DNA from: Ignicoccus hospitalis KIN4/I
Lineage (GTDB): Archaea > Thermoproteota > Thermoprotei_A > Sulfolobales > Ignicoccaceae
DNA: 32,000 bases
Assembly (NCBI RefSeq): GCF_000017945.1
Contig: NC_009776.1
Coordinates: 180,001 to 212,000, forward strand
Direction: 5' to 3'
In this document: positions 8,599 through 18,064 of the stretch, piece after piece
Numbering within the stretch: position 1 is the stretch's first letter
Layout of the letters: every line of letters starts with the position of its first letter
The notes under the pieces: model-generated
Told to the model about the DNA's origin: nothing
What the model saw: the letters and a program-made list of their open reading frames with translations, nothing else
Databases searched by the model: none
Position numbers and translations under genes: made by a program

Positions 8599-9037
8599 CC
8601 GCCTTTTCGAGCCACTGGCCCAGCTTGGTGCACGTCGCGGGGTCGAAGAAGTTCCCGGGACCGCAACGGTTGGCGTGGGGACAAGAGGTACAAGGGATCT
8701 TAGCGACTAGTCCCATCCTTACCTTGACGTCCAGCTTGATGCTTCTAGGAATTCTCTTCTCATACTTAACTTCCTTCTTCTCCTCGCTCTCCTCCTCTTC
8801 CGGTACCTTGTCTACCAAGGCGGTGAGCCTGTAGGTCTTCCTCCCCTTTACGGTGACCAACTCCCTATGTATCAGCTTCTTCTTGGCGAGCCGAAGAGCT
8901 ATTCTGGAGCCGTCGCGACTGTCTATATTGAGCTTCTTCCAGAGGTCTTGCTGGAGGAGGCCGTCCTTTCCAGCCTCAATAATTAATTTGAGTGCCTTCT
9001 TCTCAAGTTCAGTCAAGTTCAACTTCTCTGAGCTCAT
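8552..9037 (-). CDS. TFE-beta / RPC34(RPC39)-like archaeal transcription factor: winged helix plus Fe-S cysteine domain
   Basis: N-terminal wHTH (LTELEKKALKLIIEAGKDGLLQQDLWKKLNIDSRDGSRIALRLAKKKLIHRE) and C-terminal CTSCPHANRCGPGNFFDPATCTKLGQWL. Confidence 0.65.
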   Translation of the reverse strand: MSSEKLNLTELEKKALKLIIEAGKDGLLQQDLWKKLNIDSRDGSRIALRLAKKKLIHRELVTVKGRKTYRLTALVDKVPEEEESEEKKEVKYEKRIPRSIKLDVKVRMGLVAKIPCTSCPHANRCGPGNFFDPATCTKLGQWLEKAVKALERKSAKRATRV

Positions 9038-9082
9038 ACTTTTTTGTCCCAGTAGCTATCTGTAGTAACAACGGTATTTAAG

Positions 9083-9391
9083 TCATTCTTCAGAGCCGCC
9101 CTCCTCGCCCTCCCTCGACACCTCGAATATCTTTATCCCCCTGAAGACGACGTGGCTTATGTTGTAATCAGTAAGTACGGAGAATATCTTCTTCTCGGCT
9201 TCCTTTATCTTTTCGTCGCTTACTTGCTCTTCGTCTACGTAGACGTTTATGTCAAGTATGGGCATGTTCCTCCCGCTCCGGAATATCAACACCTCCGACT
9301 CAGGGAACGACTCCGCTATGCTACCCAGCACGTCTTTCAACGCGTTTATGTTCCACTTCGCTTTGGTAAACCTGAAGCGGAGCCTCTTCAA
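9083..9391 (-). CDS. hypothetical protein
   Basis: ORF, plausible alpha/beta composition; no domain recognised. Confidence 0.5.
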   Translation of the reverse strand: MKRLRFRFTKAKWNINALKDVLGSIAESFPESEVLIFRSGRNMPILDINVYVDEEQVSDEKIKEAEKKIFSVLTDYNISHVVFRGIKIFEVSREGEEGGSEE

Positions 9392-9453
9392 GCTCTCTAC
9401 CCCTATTTAGGGAGACCAAAAGGCAACTTAAGGGTTGTTCGTGTTCCTAAAAG

Positions 9454-10242
9454 TTACGCGAGCGAGGCCAGAAGTCGCTCGTATACGTCCCTCCAGTAAG
9501 GGGAGGCTCCCAGCCACACCTTTTCGCTCTCCATCCCTTGGATAACCAACATCTTCAAGCCGTTTACTGTCTTCGCACCCTTCGCGAGCCCTACCTTTAG
9601 GAAGGGAGTGTACAGAGGTCTGTAGACCATATCCATTAACACGTGTCTACTTTCTATCACGTCTGGAGGTATAGGCATAGAAACGCCGTCCATGCCGACA
9701 GGAGTCGCGTTTATTATGATATCGTGCTTCTTTATCTTGTCGACCTCGTTGAGGCCCGCGTAATCGACGCCCAACTCTTCCGCGAGCCTCTTGGCCTTCT
9801 CCAACGTCCTGTTGAAAACGGTCACTTGGGCCTCGTCTCTCAGAGCTACCACGGCCGCCCTCGCGGCCCCGCCGGCACCCAAGACGGCCACCTTCAAGCC
9901 CTTCGGATCTACGGCGTCCTTTATACTGCCTCTAACGCCTTCAACGTCAGTATTGAACGCATATATCTTTCCGTCCTTTATCTTCAAGGTGTTTGCAGCT
10001 CCCACCTCGTTTACGAGGTCGTCGGCCACGTCTACGTACTTCAATACTTCGACCTTATGAGGAATGGTCACATTTATACCATTAAAAATCATGTCTACGG
10101 AAGACATGAAATCCCCTAACCTGTGAGGGGGTACGTCCACCTTCACGTATTCGGCTTCTACCTTCATCAGCTCAAAAGATATCTTGTGTAGCAAGGGTGA
10201 CAACGAGTGTTCTATGGGGTGGCCTATGACTGCGAAGAGCAT
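9454..10242 (-). CDS. aroE: shikimate dehydrogenase
   Basis: VIGHPIEHSLSPLLHKISFE, NGINVTIPHK, VLGAGGAARAAVVAL. Confidence 0.95.
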   Translation of the reverse strand: MLFAVIGHPIEHSLSPLLHKISFELMKVEAEYVKVDVPPHRLGDFMSSVDMIFNGINVTIPHKVEVLKYVDVADDLVNEVGAANTLKIKDGKIYAFNTDVEGVRGSIKDAVDPKGLKVAVLGAGGAARAAVVALRDEAQVTVFNRTLEKAKRLAEELGVDYAGLNEVDKIKKHDIIINATPVGMDGVSMPIPPDVIESRHVLMDMVYRPLYTPFLKVGLAKGAKTVNGLKMLVIQGMESEKVWLGASPYWRDVYERLLASLA

Positions 10243-10319
10243 CCCCGCCCTTTACCTTAAGGCGCCCCTCGGTAACACTTATTTACACTGAGTTAGGAGC
10301 GTCTAACGTGGTGTAAGCG

Positions 10320-10559
10320 GTGTTTGGCAAGGGATGGGGTAGAGGTAGGGGGTGGGGTCGAAGGCGCTTCGGCAAGTGGGGCGCCCGCTGGTGGTGGCAC
10401 TACTACGCCGCGCCCCCCGTAGCGCAACCGCCAGTCCAAGAGGCGAGGCCTCCCCAAGGCGCTCAGGAGGACGAATTCCCCGAGCCCCCTGTTTGGGGAG
10501 GGCCGGGCTGGAGGTGGTGGTACTGGTGGTACTATTCGCAGAGGCGTGAACGGAAGTAG
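10320..10559 (+). CDS. Trp/Gly/Arg/Pro-rich small protein of unknown function
   Basis: ORF of 79 aa with 12 Trp (MFGKGWGRGRGWGRR...WWWHYY...WRWWYWWYY), followed by T-rich sequence. Confidence 0.5.
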   Translation: MFGKGWGRGRGWGRRRFGKWGARWWWHYYAAPPVAQPPVQEARPPQGAQEDEFPEPPVWGGPGWRWWYWWYYSQRRERK

Positions 10560-10595
10560 CCTCCCGACCCGGCTACGATTTAGTTTTTCCTCTCC

Positions 10596-11789
10596 TCACC
10601 TCGAGGCGTAGTCCGCGGCGGGACAATCGGTGCCTACGTAGCTGAGCAGAACTAGCGCGTCGTTCTGGTTTACCACGCCGTTCTGGTCGACGTCTCCGGT
10701 CATGCTAAAGATCTCCTTAAGCTGAGGGGGAAGATTGTTTATCACTACGTTACAATACTTCCGGTTCGTTATCAAGTTGGTCATGCACGCGACCACTTCG
10801 AAGTCCTTCATGGTGTACTTGCCGTCTAAGTCGACGTCCCCGGGACACTTCCTAGCGAACGTCACTTCGAAGCTCTGCATTACAGCCCCCACGTAACTCG
10901 GGGGAAGATTTATGGAGAAGGGGGCCGTGGGGTACGCAGAGAGGCCGACGCTGACTATCATCGGTTGGACGGTTATCAAGCCTGAGGGACCTCGGTTGGA
11001 GGTGTAACCCCCTTGGGCAGCGTAGCCCACTGCCCCCTTGACCGTGAACACGTAGTAGGCCGGCCGGGGGAAGTCCCAATAGCCCACCGGCTTTAGGGCG
11101 TTTGGTACGCTCCAGCCCCACTGCATGGTTATGTTAGTTATCCCGCCGAAGTTGTAGACGTCCGGTACCGGGGCGTAGTAAGGGGAGCCCAGCGGGCACG
11201 GGTTGCCCTTGGCGATCATTCGGCGACCGTACAACGAAACGTCGGAGGGGGAGGTGGAGATGAAGTAGGTCATGGTGACTGTGTCACCCTTCCTCAACTC
11301 TACGTTGTACGGAGCTAGGGCGAAGAAGTAGAAAGTCCTCATGTTAAGCGCCAAGAACTTAGCTACTGAGCCAGCTACCGTAGCGCTCGCCACCTCCGGC
11401 CTGGGGATTACGGTGCACATCACGAACAGTTTCTCCGCCGTCTCTCCTAGCAAGTCCTTGAGGGCGGCGTACCTCGGGGGCACGTTTGTAAGCACTTTAA
11501 ACTTTATTTCCATGAACTTTTCCAGAGTGCCCAAAGCCGGGTAGAAGTTCATTATACCTTCATAGTATAGGGAACACGCTTCCGCTCCCTCGCAGACCTC
11601 GAGTGGTGTCTTTACGTAGAGCTTGGTGAACAAGTTATCGTATAGCTTAATTCCTTCAATCATCATAATCCCTCTCCCGTCGAAGGTGAAACCGTAAGAC
11701 CCGTAGATCCTCACGGGACTCATAGGGGTGGCGGCGTACGCCACACTAAGTAGAGTCACGATCGTCAACAAGGAGGTCGCACGTCTCAA
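10596..11789 (-). CDS. secreted protein with C-terminal dockerin-like pair of Ca-binding repeats
   Basis: signal peptide MRRATSLLTIVTLLSVAYA; GDVDLDGKYTMKDFEVVACM and GDVDQNGVVNQNDALVLLSYV. Confidence 0.75.
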   Translation of the reverse strand: MRRATSLLTIVTLLSVAYAATPMSPVRIYGSYGFTFDGRGIMMIEGIKLYDNLFTKLYVKTPLEVCEGAEACSLYYEGIMNFYPALGTLEKFMEIKFKVLTNVPPRYAALKDLLGETAEKLFVMCTVIPRPEVASATVAGSVAKFLALNMRTFYFFALAPYNVELRKGDTVTMTYFISTSPSDVSLYGRRMIAKGNPCPLGSPYYAPVPDVYNFGGITNITMQWGWSVPNALKPVGYWDFPRPAYYVFTVKGAVGYAAQGGYTSNRGPSGLITVQPMIVSVGLSAYPTAPFSINLPPSYVGAVMQSFEVTFARKCPGDVDLDGKYTMKDFEVVACMTNLITNRKYCNVVINNLPPQLKEIFSMTGDVDQNGVVNQNDALVLLSYVGTDCPAADYASR

Positions 11790-12036
11790 TTAGGCCCCCT
11801 GCCGCGCTCTCGCAAAACGCTTTTACCTCTTCTAAAGGCTTCGGGAACCTAGTCGAAAGGACGAAGCCCTCGAAGTAGTCGCTCCAAGTAAATATTGGCT
11901 TATCCTCTATGGGCTTAAAGATCTCGAATGCTCTTGATAATATTGAGTTACAGTTGCCGTTACACTTGACTATTAACGCTACGTGGACCCTCCTCCGCTC
12001 TACGTTGAGCCCGGCGCTCCACGCCACGAGCCTCAT
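11746..12036 (-). CDS. hypothetical protein
   Basis: ORF overlapping the dockerin gene start by about 44 nt, codirectional. Confidence 0.45.
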   Translation of the reverse strand: MRLVAWSAGLNVERRRVHVALIVKCNGNCNSILSRAFEIFKPIEDKPIFTWSDYFEGFVLSTRFPKPLEEVKAFCESAAGGLIETCDLLVDDRDST

Positions 12037-12083
12037 ACCGTTTTCCCCGACGGCCTCCCCGAACGTCGAGGGGCGGTAAGGCT

Positions 12084-12932
12084 ATGAAGGTTGAGGACGA
12101 GCTGCTCGCCATAGTGCGGAGGAGGCTCGGGGCCGGCCTCTTGGGGCCCGGGGACGACGTAGACTTCATCAAGGTTGGCGACTACCGGCTGGTGTTCAAC
12201 GTCGATGGGTTTTCTGCGAAGGGTGTTTTGTTGGAGTTTATGGACTTGAGGGACGTAGGTTGGAGGGGCGTGACGGCGTGCGTAAGCGACTTGGTGGCGA
12301 AGCTGGTCAAGCCAAAGTACTTCCTTCACTCGGTCTACGGGAGCGACGTTGAAGAGGTAAGAGAGATAGTCGAAGGAATAGTAGAGGCTGCAGAGGAGTA
12401 CGGCCTCGCCTTCCTCGGAGCGGACACGAACAAGGGGGAGGCAGCAGTGGACGTCTTCTGCTTCGGCCTCAGCGACCTCGACCCTCCTAGGCTGGGAGGG
12501 GCGAGGCCGGGGGACAAGGTGGTGGTCCCTGAGGGGTGCTGGGGCTGCATAAATAGGTGCTTGAGGGGCGAGTACTGGGAACACTGCAAGAGACCAAAAG
12601 TCCCCTTAGAACTCCTTGAACGCTTGAGGGGATACGAGAAGTACGTCCACGCCTCTACGGACTCCAGCGACGGCCTCGTGATTAGCTTATACAAGCTGGC
12701 CTGGGCCTCCGGCGTTACGATAGCCCTCCACGAGCCCCCTCCGGGACCCCTAGGCGAGGAGGGCCTCTACGGCGGCGAGGAGTACTTGCCGGTCTTCGTG
12801 GTCGACCCGAGCGCGAGCGAAGCCGTCGAGGAGGCGGTCAAGGGTAGGGCAATAGGCGAGGTGCTCCCGGGAAGGCCCGAGGTGGTCTACAAGGGCAGGA
12901 CCCTCGACCCCCGCGGCTGGGAGTGGTTCTAA
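12084..12932 (+). CDS. ThiL-like / AIR synthase-related protein (possible thiamine-monophosphate kinase)
   Basis: LGPGDDVDFIKVGDYRLVFNVDGF...DVGWRGVTACVSDLVAKLVKPKYFLHSVYG resembles ThiL N-domain. Confidence 0.68.
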   Translation: MKVEDELLAIVRRRLGAGLLGPGDDVDFIKVGDYRLVFNVDGFSAKGVLLEFMDLRDVGWRGVTACVSDLVAKLVKPKYFLHSVYGSDVEEVREIVEGIVEAAEEYGLAFLGADTNKGEAAVDVFCFGLSDLDPPRLGGARPGDKVVVPEGCWGCINRCLRGEYWEHCKRPKVPLELLERLRGYEKYVHASTDSSDGLVISLYKLAWASGVTIALHEPPPGPLGEEGLYGGEEYLPVFVVDPSASEAVEEAVKGRAIGEVLPGRPEVVYKGRTLDPRGWEWF

Positions 12933-12964
12933 ACGGGCCTCGGTCACCCGAGCGGGGGCAAGCG

Positions 12965-15343
12965 GTGGAGTTCAAGCCGAAGCTAGAACTCAAGAGGTGG
13001 GACTTCAAAATAGAGGACCAAGTGAGGTCGTGGTGGGAGAAGGAGGACTGGTGGAAGTTCGACCCTAACTCGCCCAAGCCGAAGTTCGTTATAGACACGC
13101 CCCCTCCCTATCCTGCCCCCTTGTGGCACATAGGGGCCGCCGTAAGCTACGCGATGCACGACATGATAGCGAGAGCTATGAGGATGATGGGTTATGAAGT
13201 GCTATACCCCATAGGCTTCGATAGGAACGGGTTGCCGATAGAGCTCTACGTCGAAAAGTACTTGGGTTTGACACCCTGGAAGACTGACAGAGAGAAGTTC
13301 CTCGAGACGTGTCGCCAAGTCTTAGACTCTTGGGTAGAGAAGATGAAGGAGACTCTGAAGAGACTACTGATAGCTGCTGATATAGATAACCCCTATCAGA
13401 CGGACTCTCCGGACTATAGGGCGTTCACCCAAGCCACCTTCATAGAGGCGTGGAAGAAGGGCCTCGTGTACGAGGCTGAGAGGCCCAACAACTGGTGCCC
13501 CAAGTGTAGGACCACTATCGCGGACGCAGAGGTAGAGTACAAGGAGATGAAAGGTATAATGGCTTACATAAAGTTCAAGGTTAAGGACTCTGACGAGGAG
13601 CTCGTGATAGCTACCACGAGACCGGAGCTCCTCTGTGCTTGTAGGGCCGTGGTAGTGCACCCGGACGACGAGAGGTACAAGAAGTATCACGGCAAGAAGG
13701 TGATAGTTCCGATATATGGTCACGAGATACCGGTCTTGCCCCACAAGATGGCGGACCCCAACTTCGGCACCGGAGCGATGATGGTCTGTTCCTTCGGCGA
13801 CTGGCGCGACGTGCAAATATTCAGGGAGCTCGGCTTGACTCCAGTGAAGGCGATAGACGAAGAGGGCAAGATGACAGAGTGTGCCGGCCCGATAGCCGGG
13901 CTGAAGGTCAAGGAAGCGAAAATGAAGATAGTCGAACTATTGAAGGAGCAAGGATACCTAGTCAAGGTAGAGGACATAGTTCACAAGGTCCCTGTACATG
14001 AGAGGTGCGAGACGCCCATCGAAATAATACCGATGAAGGAATACTACCTCAAGCAGCTAGAGTTCAAAGACGTGTTGAAAAAGTACGCAGAAGAGATGAA
14101 GTGGCAGCCGGAGAGGTACAAGAAGAACCTCCTCCAGTGGATAGACTCTGTGAGCACGGACTGGCCGATATCCCGTAGGAGGTTCTACGCCACAGAAATT
14201 CCCGTTTGGACTTGTAAGAGGTGCGGCTACAAGTACGTCCCCCCTCCGGGGAGGTATTACCGTCCGTGGAAGGAGGACCCCCCTATAGACAAGTGCCCGA
14301 AGTGCGGCGCGAGGGAGTGGGAGGGCGAGAAGAGGGTCTTCGACACTTGGATGGACTCATCGGTGACGGTGCTTTACATAACGAAGTACATGAGGGACGA
14401 GGAGTTCTGGAAGAAGACCTTCCTCGAGGGGGTAAAGCTGAGGCCTCAAGGTTACGACATCATAAGGACGTGGCTGTACTACAGCTTGTTAAGGGTTCAC
14501 CAGCTGACCGGCAAGAGGGCGTTCGATTTAGTCTTCATCAACGGAATGGGGTTAGACCCCAAAGGTAAGAAAATGAGTAAGAGGTACGGGAACGTTATAA
14601 TGCCGGAAGAGATATTGAACAAGTACGGCGCAGACGCGACGCGCTTCTGGATAGCCTTAGAGGTCAAGCCGGGTGAGAATTACAGGGTGATTGAGAACAA
14701 AATACAAGGCGCCCAGAAGTTCTTAACGAAGTTCTTAAACGTAGCAAGGTACGTATCTTCCTTCCCTTACCCGGAGGGTCGCGTGGAATTGAGAGAGGCC
14801 GACAAGTGGATCTTGGCTGAACTGGCTGAGCTAATAGAAAAGGTGAGGAAGGCGTACGCCGAGATGGACTTCCACACCGTGGCGGAGGAGTTCTACCACT
14901 TCGTGTGGGACAAGTTCTCTTCTCATTATATAGAGCTCAGCAAGAAGAGGGCCAGGATGATGGACGAGAGGTTCGACGAGGAGGACGCTAAGGCCGCCTG
15001 GTGGACCTTGCATACTGTGTTGAAGAACTTGTTGTTGATATTGGCACCGATCTCTCCGGCGATAAGCGATTACTTGTGGCGCCGGCTCTACTCCTCAGAG
15101 AGCGTTCATGCCCAGCGCTTGCCGGAGGCCCCGGAGGAGTGGCGCGACGAGGCCACGCTCGAGAAGGGCAGAGCTATAATGGAGCTCAACTCCAAGGTAT
15201 GGAAGGCTAAGAAGGAAGTACTGGGCAAGAAGCTGAGCGACCCCGTGACGGTGGAGGAGCTCAAGTCGGCCGGCGTGGAGCTCCCCGAGCTAGGGGGCTT
15301 CGAAGAGGACTTCATGGCCCTCCACAACGTAGTGAGGGGATGA
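12965..15343 (+). CDS. valS: valyl-tRNA synthetase (GTG start at 12965 preferred over listed 12923)
   Basis: PPPYPAPLWHIGAAVSY (HIGH region), TTRPELLCACRAVVVHP, DWPISRRRFYATEIPVW, KKMSKRYGN. Confidence 0.94.
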   Translation: MEFKPKLELKRWDFKIEDQVRSWWEKEDWWKFDPNSPKPKFVIDTPPPYPAPLWHIGAAVSYAMHDMIARAMRMMGYEVLYPIGFDRNGLPIELYVEKYLGLTPWKTDREKFLETCRQVLDSWVEKMKETLKRLLIAADIDNPYQTDSPDYRAFTQATFIEAWKKGLVYEAERPNNWCPKCRTTIADAEVEYKEMKGIMAYIKFKVKDSDEELVIATTRPELLCACRAVVVHPDDERYKKYHGKKVIVPIYGHEIPVLPHKMADPNFGTGAMMVCSFGDWRDVQIFRELGLTPVKAIDEEGKMTECAGPIAGLKVKEAKMKIVELLKEQGYLVKVEDIVHKVPVHERCETPIEIIPMKEYYLKQLEFKDVLKKYAEEMKWQPERYKKNLLQWIDSVSTDWPISRRRFYATEIPVWTCKRCGYKYVPPPGRYYRPWKEDPPIDKCPKCGAREWEGEKRVFDTWMDSSVTVLYITKYMRDEEFWKKTFLEGVKLRPQGYDIIRTWLYYSLLRVHQLTGKRAFDLVFINGMGLDPKGKKMSKRYGNVIMPEEILNKYGADATRFWIALEVKPGENYRVIENKIQGAQKFLTKFLNVARYVSSFPYPEGRVELREADKWILAELAELIEKVRKAYAEMDFHTVAEEFYHFVWDKFSSHYIELSKKRARMMDERFDEEDAKAAWWTLHTVLKNLLLILAPISPAISDYLWRRLYSSESVHAQRLPEAPEEWRDEATLEKGRAIMELNSKVWKAKKEVLGKKLSDPVTVEELKSAGVELPELGGFEEDFMALHNVVRG

Positions 15344-15428
15344 CGTCTTCCGGCGGAGCCGAACGGTGAGGACCTCTCTTCGCTGGCCGACCCCCCATTA
15401 AAAGGGCCTTAAAGAAGCGGAACGAGCG

Positions 15429-16637
15429 TTGATTTGTAGGAGGGCTTGCTTCAAAGTAGTAGACGACTTAGATTTGACCCCCTTGATCTCCTATTTGTCC
15501 CAAGTGGCCGAGAAGAGCGGCTGCGACGCGAAGCTGACCCTAAACGTTTCTAGAAAGACATTGGTTTGTGAAGTTTGTTGCTTAAGGAGCAAGAAACTCA
15601 TTGACGTGATCAAAGCTAGGTTTGCGGCCGTTAAGGGGCTGAAGGCGAGCAAGTGCTTCGGCTCGAAGGGCCTAACGGCGCCTTCCGGCTGGTGGCCCCT
15701 CTCTGGGAGCGTGTGCTTGGGCGTGGAGGCCTTCACGGGATCGCCGTTCTGTTTGGACGAGAGGAACTTGAGGAGGCACGCAGTAATAGTGGGATCCACC
15801 GGCAGCGGCAAGAGTACCACTGCCAAGAAGATATTCAAAGAGCTCGCCCACAACAAGTTGGTCCTCGACTGGCACGGGGAGTATAGGGGCGTCGCGAAGA
15901 GGATAGAGTGCATTAGCTTGAACAGGCTGAGGAGCTTGGGCCAGCTGGAACTCATGGACGCTTTGGCGAACTCGCTCAAACTGACCGATGCGCAGTACTA
16001 CTTGTTAATGAAGGTGGTTCAGATGTTATATGCGAAGGGAGGGGAATTCGGCATAAGGGACATCATTTTCTATTTAAAGAGTTTAGAGGAGTTAAGCAGG
16101 TGGATAAGGGAGAGCAAGTATTCCTTATTAAGAAAACTAGAGATGTTAACAGTCAGGGGGACGTGTAAGTTCGAGATAACCGACTTGGAGTCCTTGACTG
16201 AGGGCGGATTAGTGATAGACTTGAGCGGGTACGTCACCGAGTACGCGAAGAAGTTCGTTTCCCACGCGGTCTTGGCCTACTTGTTCGCCAAGGCTCGAGG
16301 GGGAGAGTTGAAGAGGACTTACGTCATCGTTGAGGAAGCCCACAACGTAATTCCAAAAAGTTCCGAGTTGAGCGTTGCCGACAAGATATTCATGGAGGGT
16401 CGTAAATACGGCCTCCACGTGATAGCCGTGACCCAGTCCCCCCGAGCGATGAGCGAGAACGTCATGAAGAACAGCTACGTAAAGATAATACACGGGATAC
16501 GCGAGGTGGACGACGCCAAGTACGTCGCGGAGAGCGTCGGAGACCCGAGCTTGTGGAAGGAGATAATATCGTTGGACGTGGGGGAGGCCATAGTCGCCCA
16601 AAGGAAGCTGGCGCGGGTGATCATAAGCAATAGCTAG
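15429..16637 (+). CDS. HerA/DUF87-like ATPase with cysteine-rich N-terminus, TTG start
   Basis: Walker A GSTGSGKSTTAKKIF; Walker B TYVIVEEAHNVIP; FMEGRKYGLHVIAVTQSPRAM. Confidence 0.87.
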   Translation: MICRRACFKVVDDLDLTPLISYLSQVAEKSGCDAKLTLNVSRKTLVCEVCCLRSKKLIDVIKARFAAVKGLKASKCFGSKGLTAPSGWWPLSGSVCLGVEAFTGSPFCLDERNLRRHAVIVGSTGSGKSTTAKKIFKELAHNKLVLDWHGEYRGVAKRIECISLNRLRSLGQLELMDALANSLKLTDAQYYLLMKVVQMLYAKGGEFGIRDIIFYLKSLEELSRWIRESKYSLLRKLEMLTVRGTCKFEITDLESLTEGGLVIDLSGYVTEYAKKFVSHAVLAYLFAKARGGELKRTYVIVEEAHNVIPKSSELSVADKIFMEGRKYGLHVIAVTQSPRAMSENVMKNSYVKIIHGIREVDDAKYVAESVGDPSLWKEIISLDVGEAIVAQRKLARVIISNS

Positions 16638-17166
16638 AGAACTCCTCGAAGTCCTCTTGAGACCAGCGCGCGCACGGGAGCCTCTCGCACTTCACCGCCT
16701 TTAACGCCTCCTCGAGGGTCCTATCCAAGGGTCCGTCGCTTTGGACACAGACCACCTTGTCGCCGTAGAGGCCCCTCAACATTTGCAAGTAAGACCCTAC
16801 CAACTCGGCCTCCAAATTGGAGCATATCTTTTCCTTACAGTAGCCCTTCTGTTCCATTCTGGCGATCAAGGTCTTGGGTCGGGCTTGAAGGTACAGGACC
16901 TTCTTCGTGGCCTCGGGCGGGACGAAGTCGACCACTACGCCCTCTATTATGTAACACCCCTCTAACCCCTTTATCAACTCTTCTAACTTGTCCATGTCAA
17001 CTACGTATAACGGTTTGCCGCATTCATCTTTCTCCACATCTACGTAAAGCTTGTTTTTAACTACTACGTCCGTGACGCTGAGCGACTTACAGCCGATCAT
17101 TTTCGACAGTTCCTTGGCCACCGTGGTCTTTCCTGAACCCGGGACCCCCGCTATTAAAATAAACAT
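16621..17166 (-). CDS. archaeal AK6/Fap7-like nucleotide kinase (putative adenylate kinase)
   Basis: MFILIAGVPGSGKTTVAKELSKMIGCKSLSVTDVVV...YIIEGVVVDF...LYLQARP. Confidence 0.82.
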   Translation of the reverse strand: MFILIAGVPGSGKTTVAKELSKMIGCKSLSVTDVVVKNKLYVDVEKDECGKPLYVVDMDKLEELIKGLEGCYIIEGVVVDFVPPEATKKVLYLQARPKTLIARMEQKGYCKEKICSNLEAELVGSYLQMLRGLYGDKVVCVQSDGPLDRTLEEALKAVKCERLPCARWSQEDFEEFSSYCL

Positions 17167-17199
17167 GCGTCCTCCCGGAAGCCTAGGCGTAGGGGTATA

Positions 17200-18057
17200 A
17201 TGACGAGGAAGTACGGCTGGGCCGCTTGGAAGGGACAGTTAGACAAGCTGGAAGAGCTGTTGAAGGAGGCCAGAGAGGCCGGTTTCGATTACGTGGAGTT
17301 CAGCTTGGATTACCCCCTTCCGTACAAAGCCGACCTAGTTGCCGAGATAGTTAAGAAGATTAAGGACTTCGGATTGGCGGTGAGCTTTCACGCCCCTTGG
17401 AGGGGATTGGACGTAGCTACGCTGTGGCCCGAGGTACGTAAAGCCTCTATAGATATCATAAAGAAGTCCATAAGGATGGCCTCAGAGCTCGGCGCGGAGT
17501 ACGTAGTTTACCACGTCACTACCCCGGAGAAGCTGTTCAAGGACACGGTGGACGAGGTCTACGAGGCCGGGAAGGAGGCGGTCGCGGAGCTCACGGACTT
17601 CGCGCGCGAGATGTCTGTAGAGGCGGCGGTGGAGAACGTAGGTAACTTGGGAACCCCCGAGTTCTTCGGCATATTGAAGGACGAGACGAGAGCGAAGTTC
17701 TGCTTCGACGTGGCTCACGCGGTGACTACCTTTATGCAGAGGCACAAGTTGAAGTTGAACGACGTAGATGTGGACGAAGTAATAGAGTTGTGGAAGAACG
17801 CCATAGGGGGCAGGACCTTGTGTGCCCACGTGCACGGGGTGGAGGCGCCCAGAAGGGAGCACAGGCCGCTGGGCTACCCCCTCACGAAGAGGGCGGCGGC
17901 GAAGGCCTACGTCAGCTTGGGCGCAGATTACGTGACCTATGAAATATACTACGTGAGGAAGGGGGAGGAGGCCACGCCCAAGGTAGTCGGGAAGGAGATG
18001 AAGGACGTCCGCTCGTGGGAGCTCGTTTACGAGAAGAGGCAAGCCTTGGTGGCTTAA
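17200..18057 (+). CDS. sugar phosphate isomerase/epimerase or endonuclease IV-like TIM barrel protein
   Basis: FDYVEFSLDYPLPY...VSFHAPWRGLDVA...AVENVGNLGTPEFFG...KFCFDVAHA...HVHGVEA. Confidence 0.85.
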   Translation: MTRKYGWAAWKGQLDKLEELLKEAREAGFDYVEFSLDYPLPYKADLVAEIVKKIKDFGLAVSFHAPWRGLDVATLWPEVRKASIDIIKKSIRMASELGAEYVVYHVTTPEKLFKDTVDEVYEAGKEAVAELTDFAREMSVEAAVENVGNLGTPEFFGILKDETRAKFCFDVAHAVTTFMQRHKLKLNDVDVDEVIELWKNAIGGRTLCAHVHGVEAPRREHRPLGYPLTKRAAAKAYVSLGADYVTYEIYYVRKGEEATPKVVGKEMKDVRSWELVYEKRQALVA

Positions 18058-18064
18058 GGCGTAG

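Noticed and set aside
12033-12584. 183-aa minus-strand ORF
   Set aside because: Antisense to the ThiL-like gene; no recognisable motif.
15337-15390. C/D box-like series at the valS 3' end (GGGATGA - CCGA - GTGAGGA - CTGG)
   Set aside because: Both D-type boxes are degenerate, CTGG would break the sheared G-A pair, and I could not recognise any rRNA target for the guides.
17482-18042. 186-aa minus-strand ORF
   Set aside because: Antisense to the TIM-barrel protein gene, a shadow frame.
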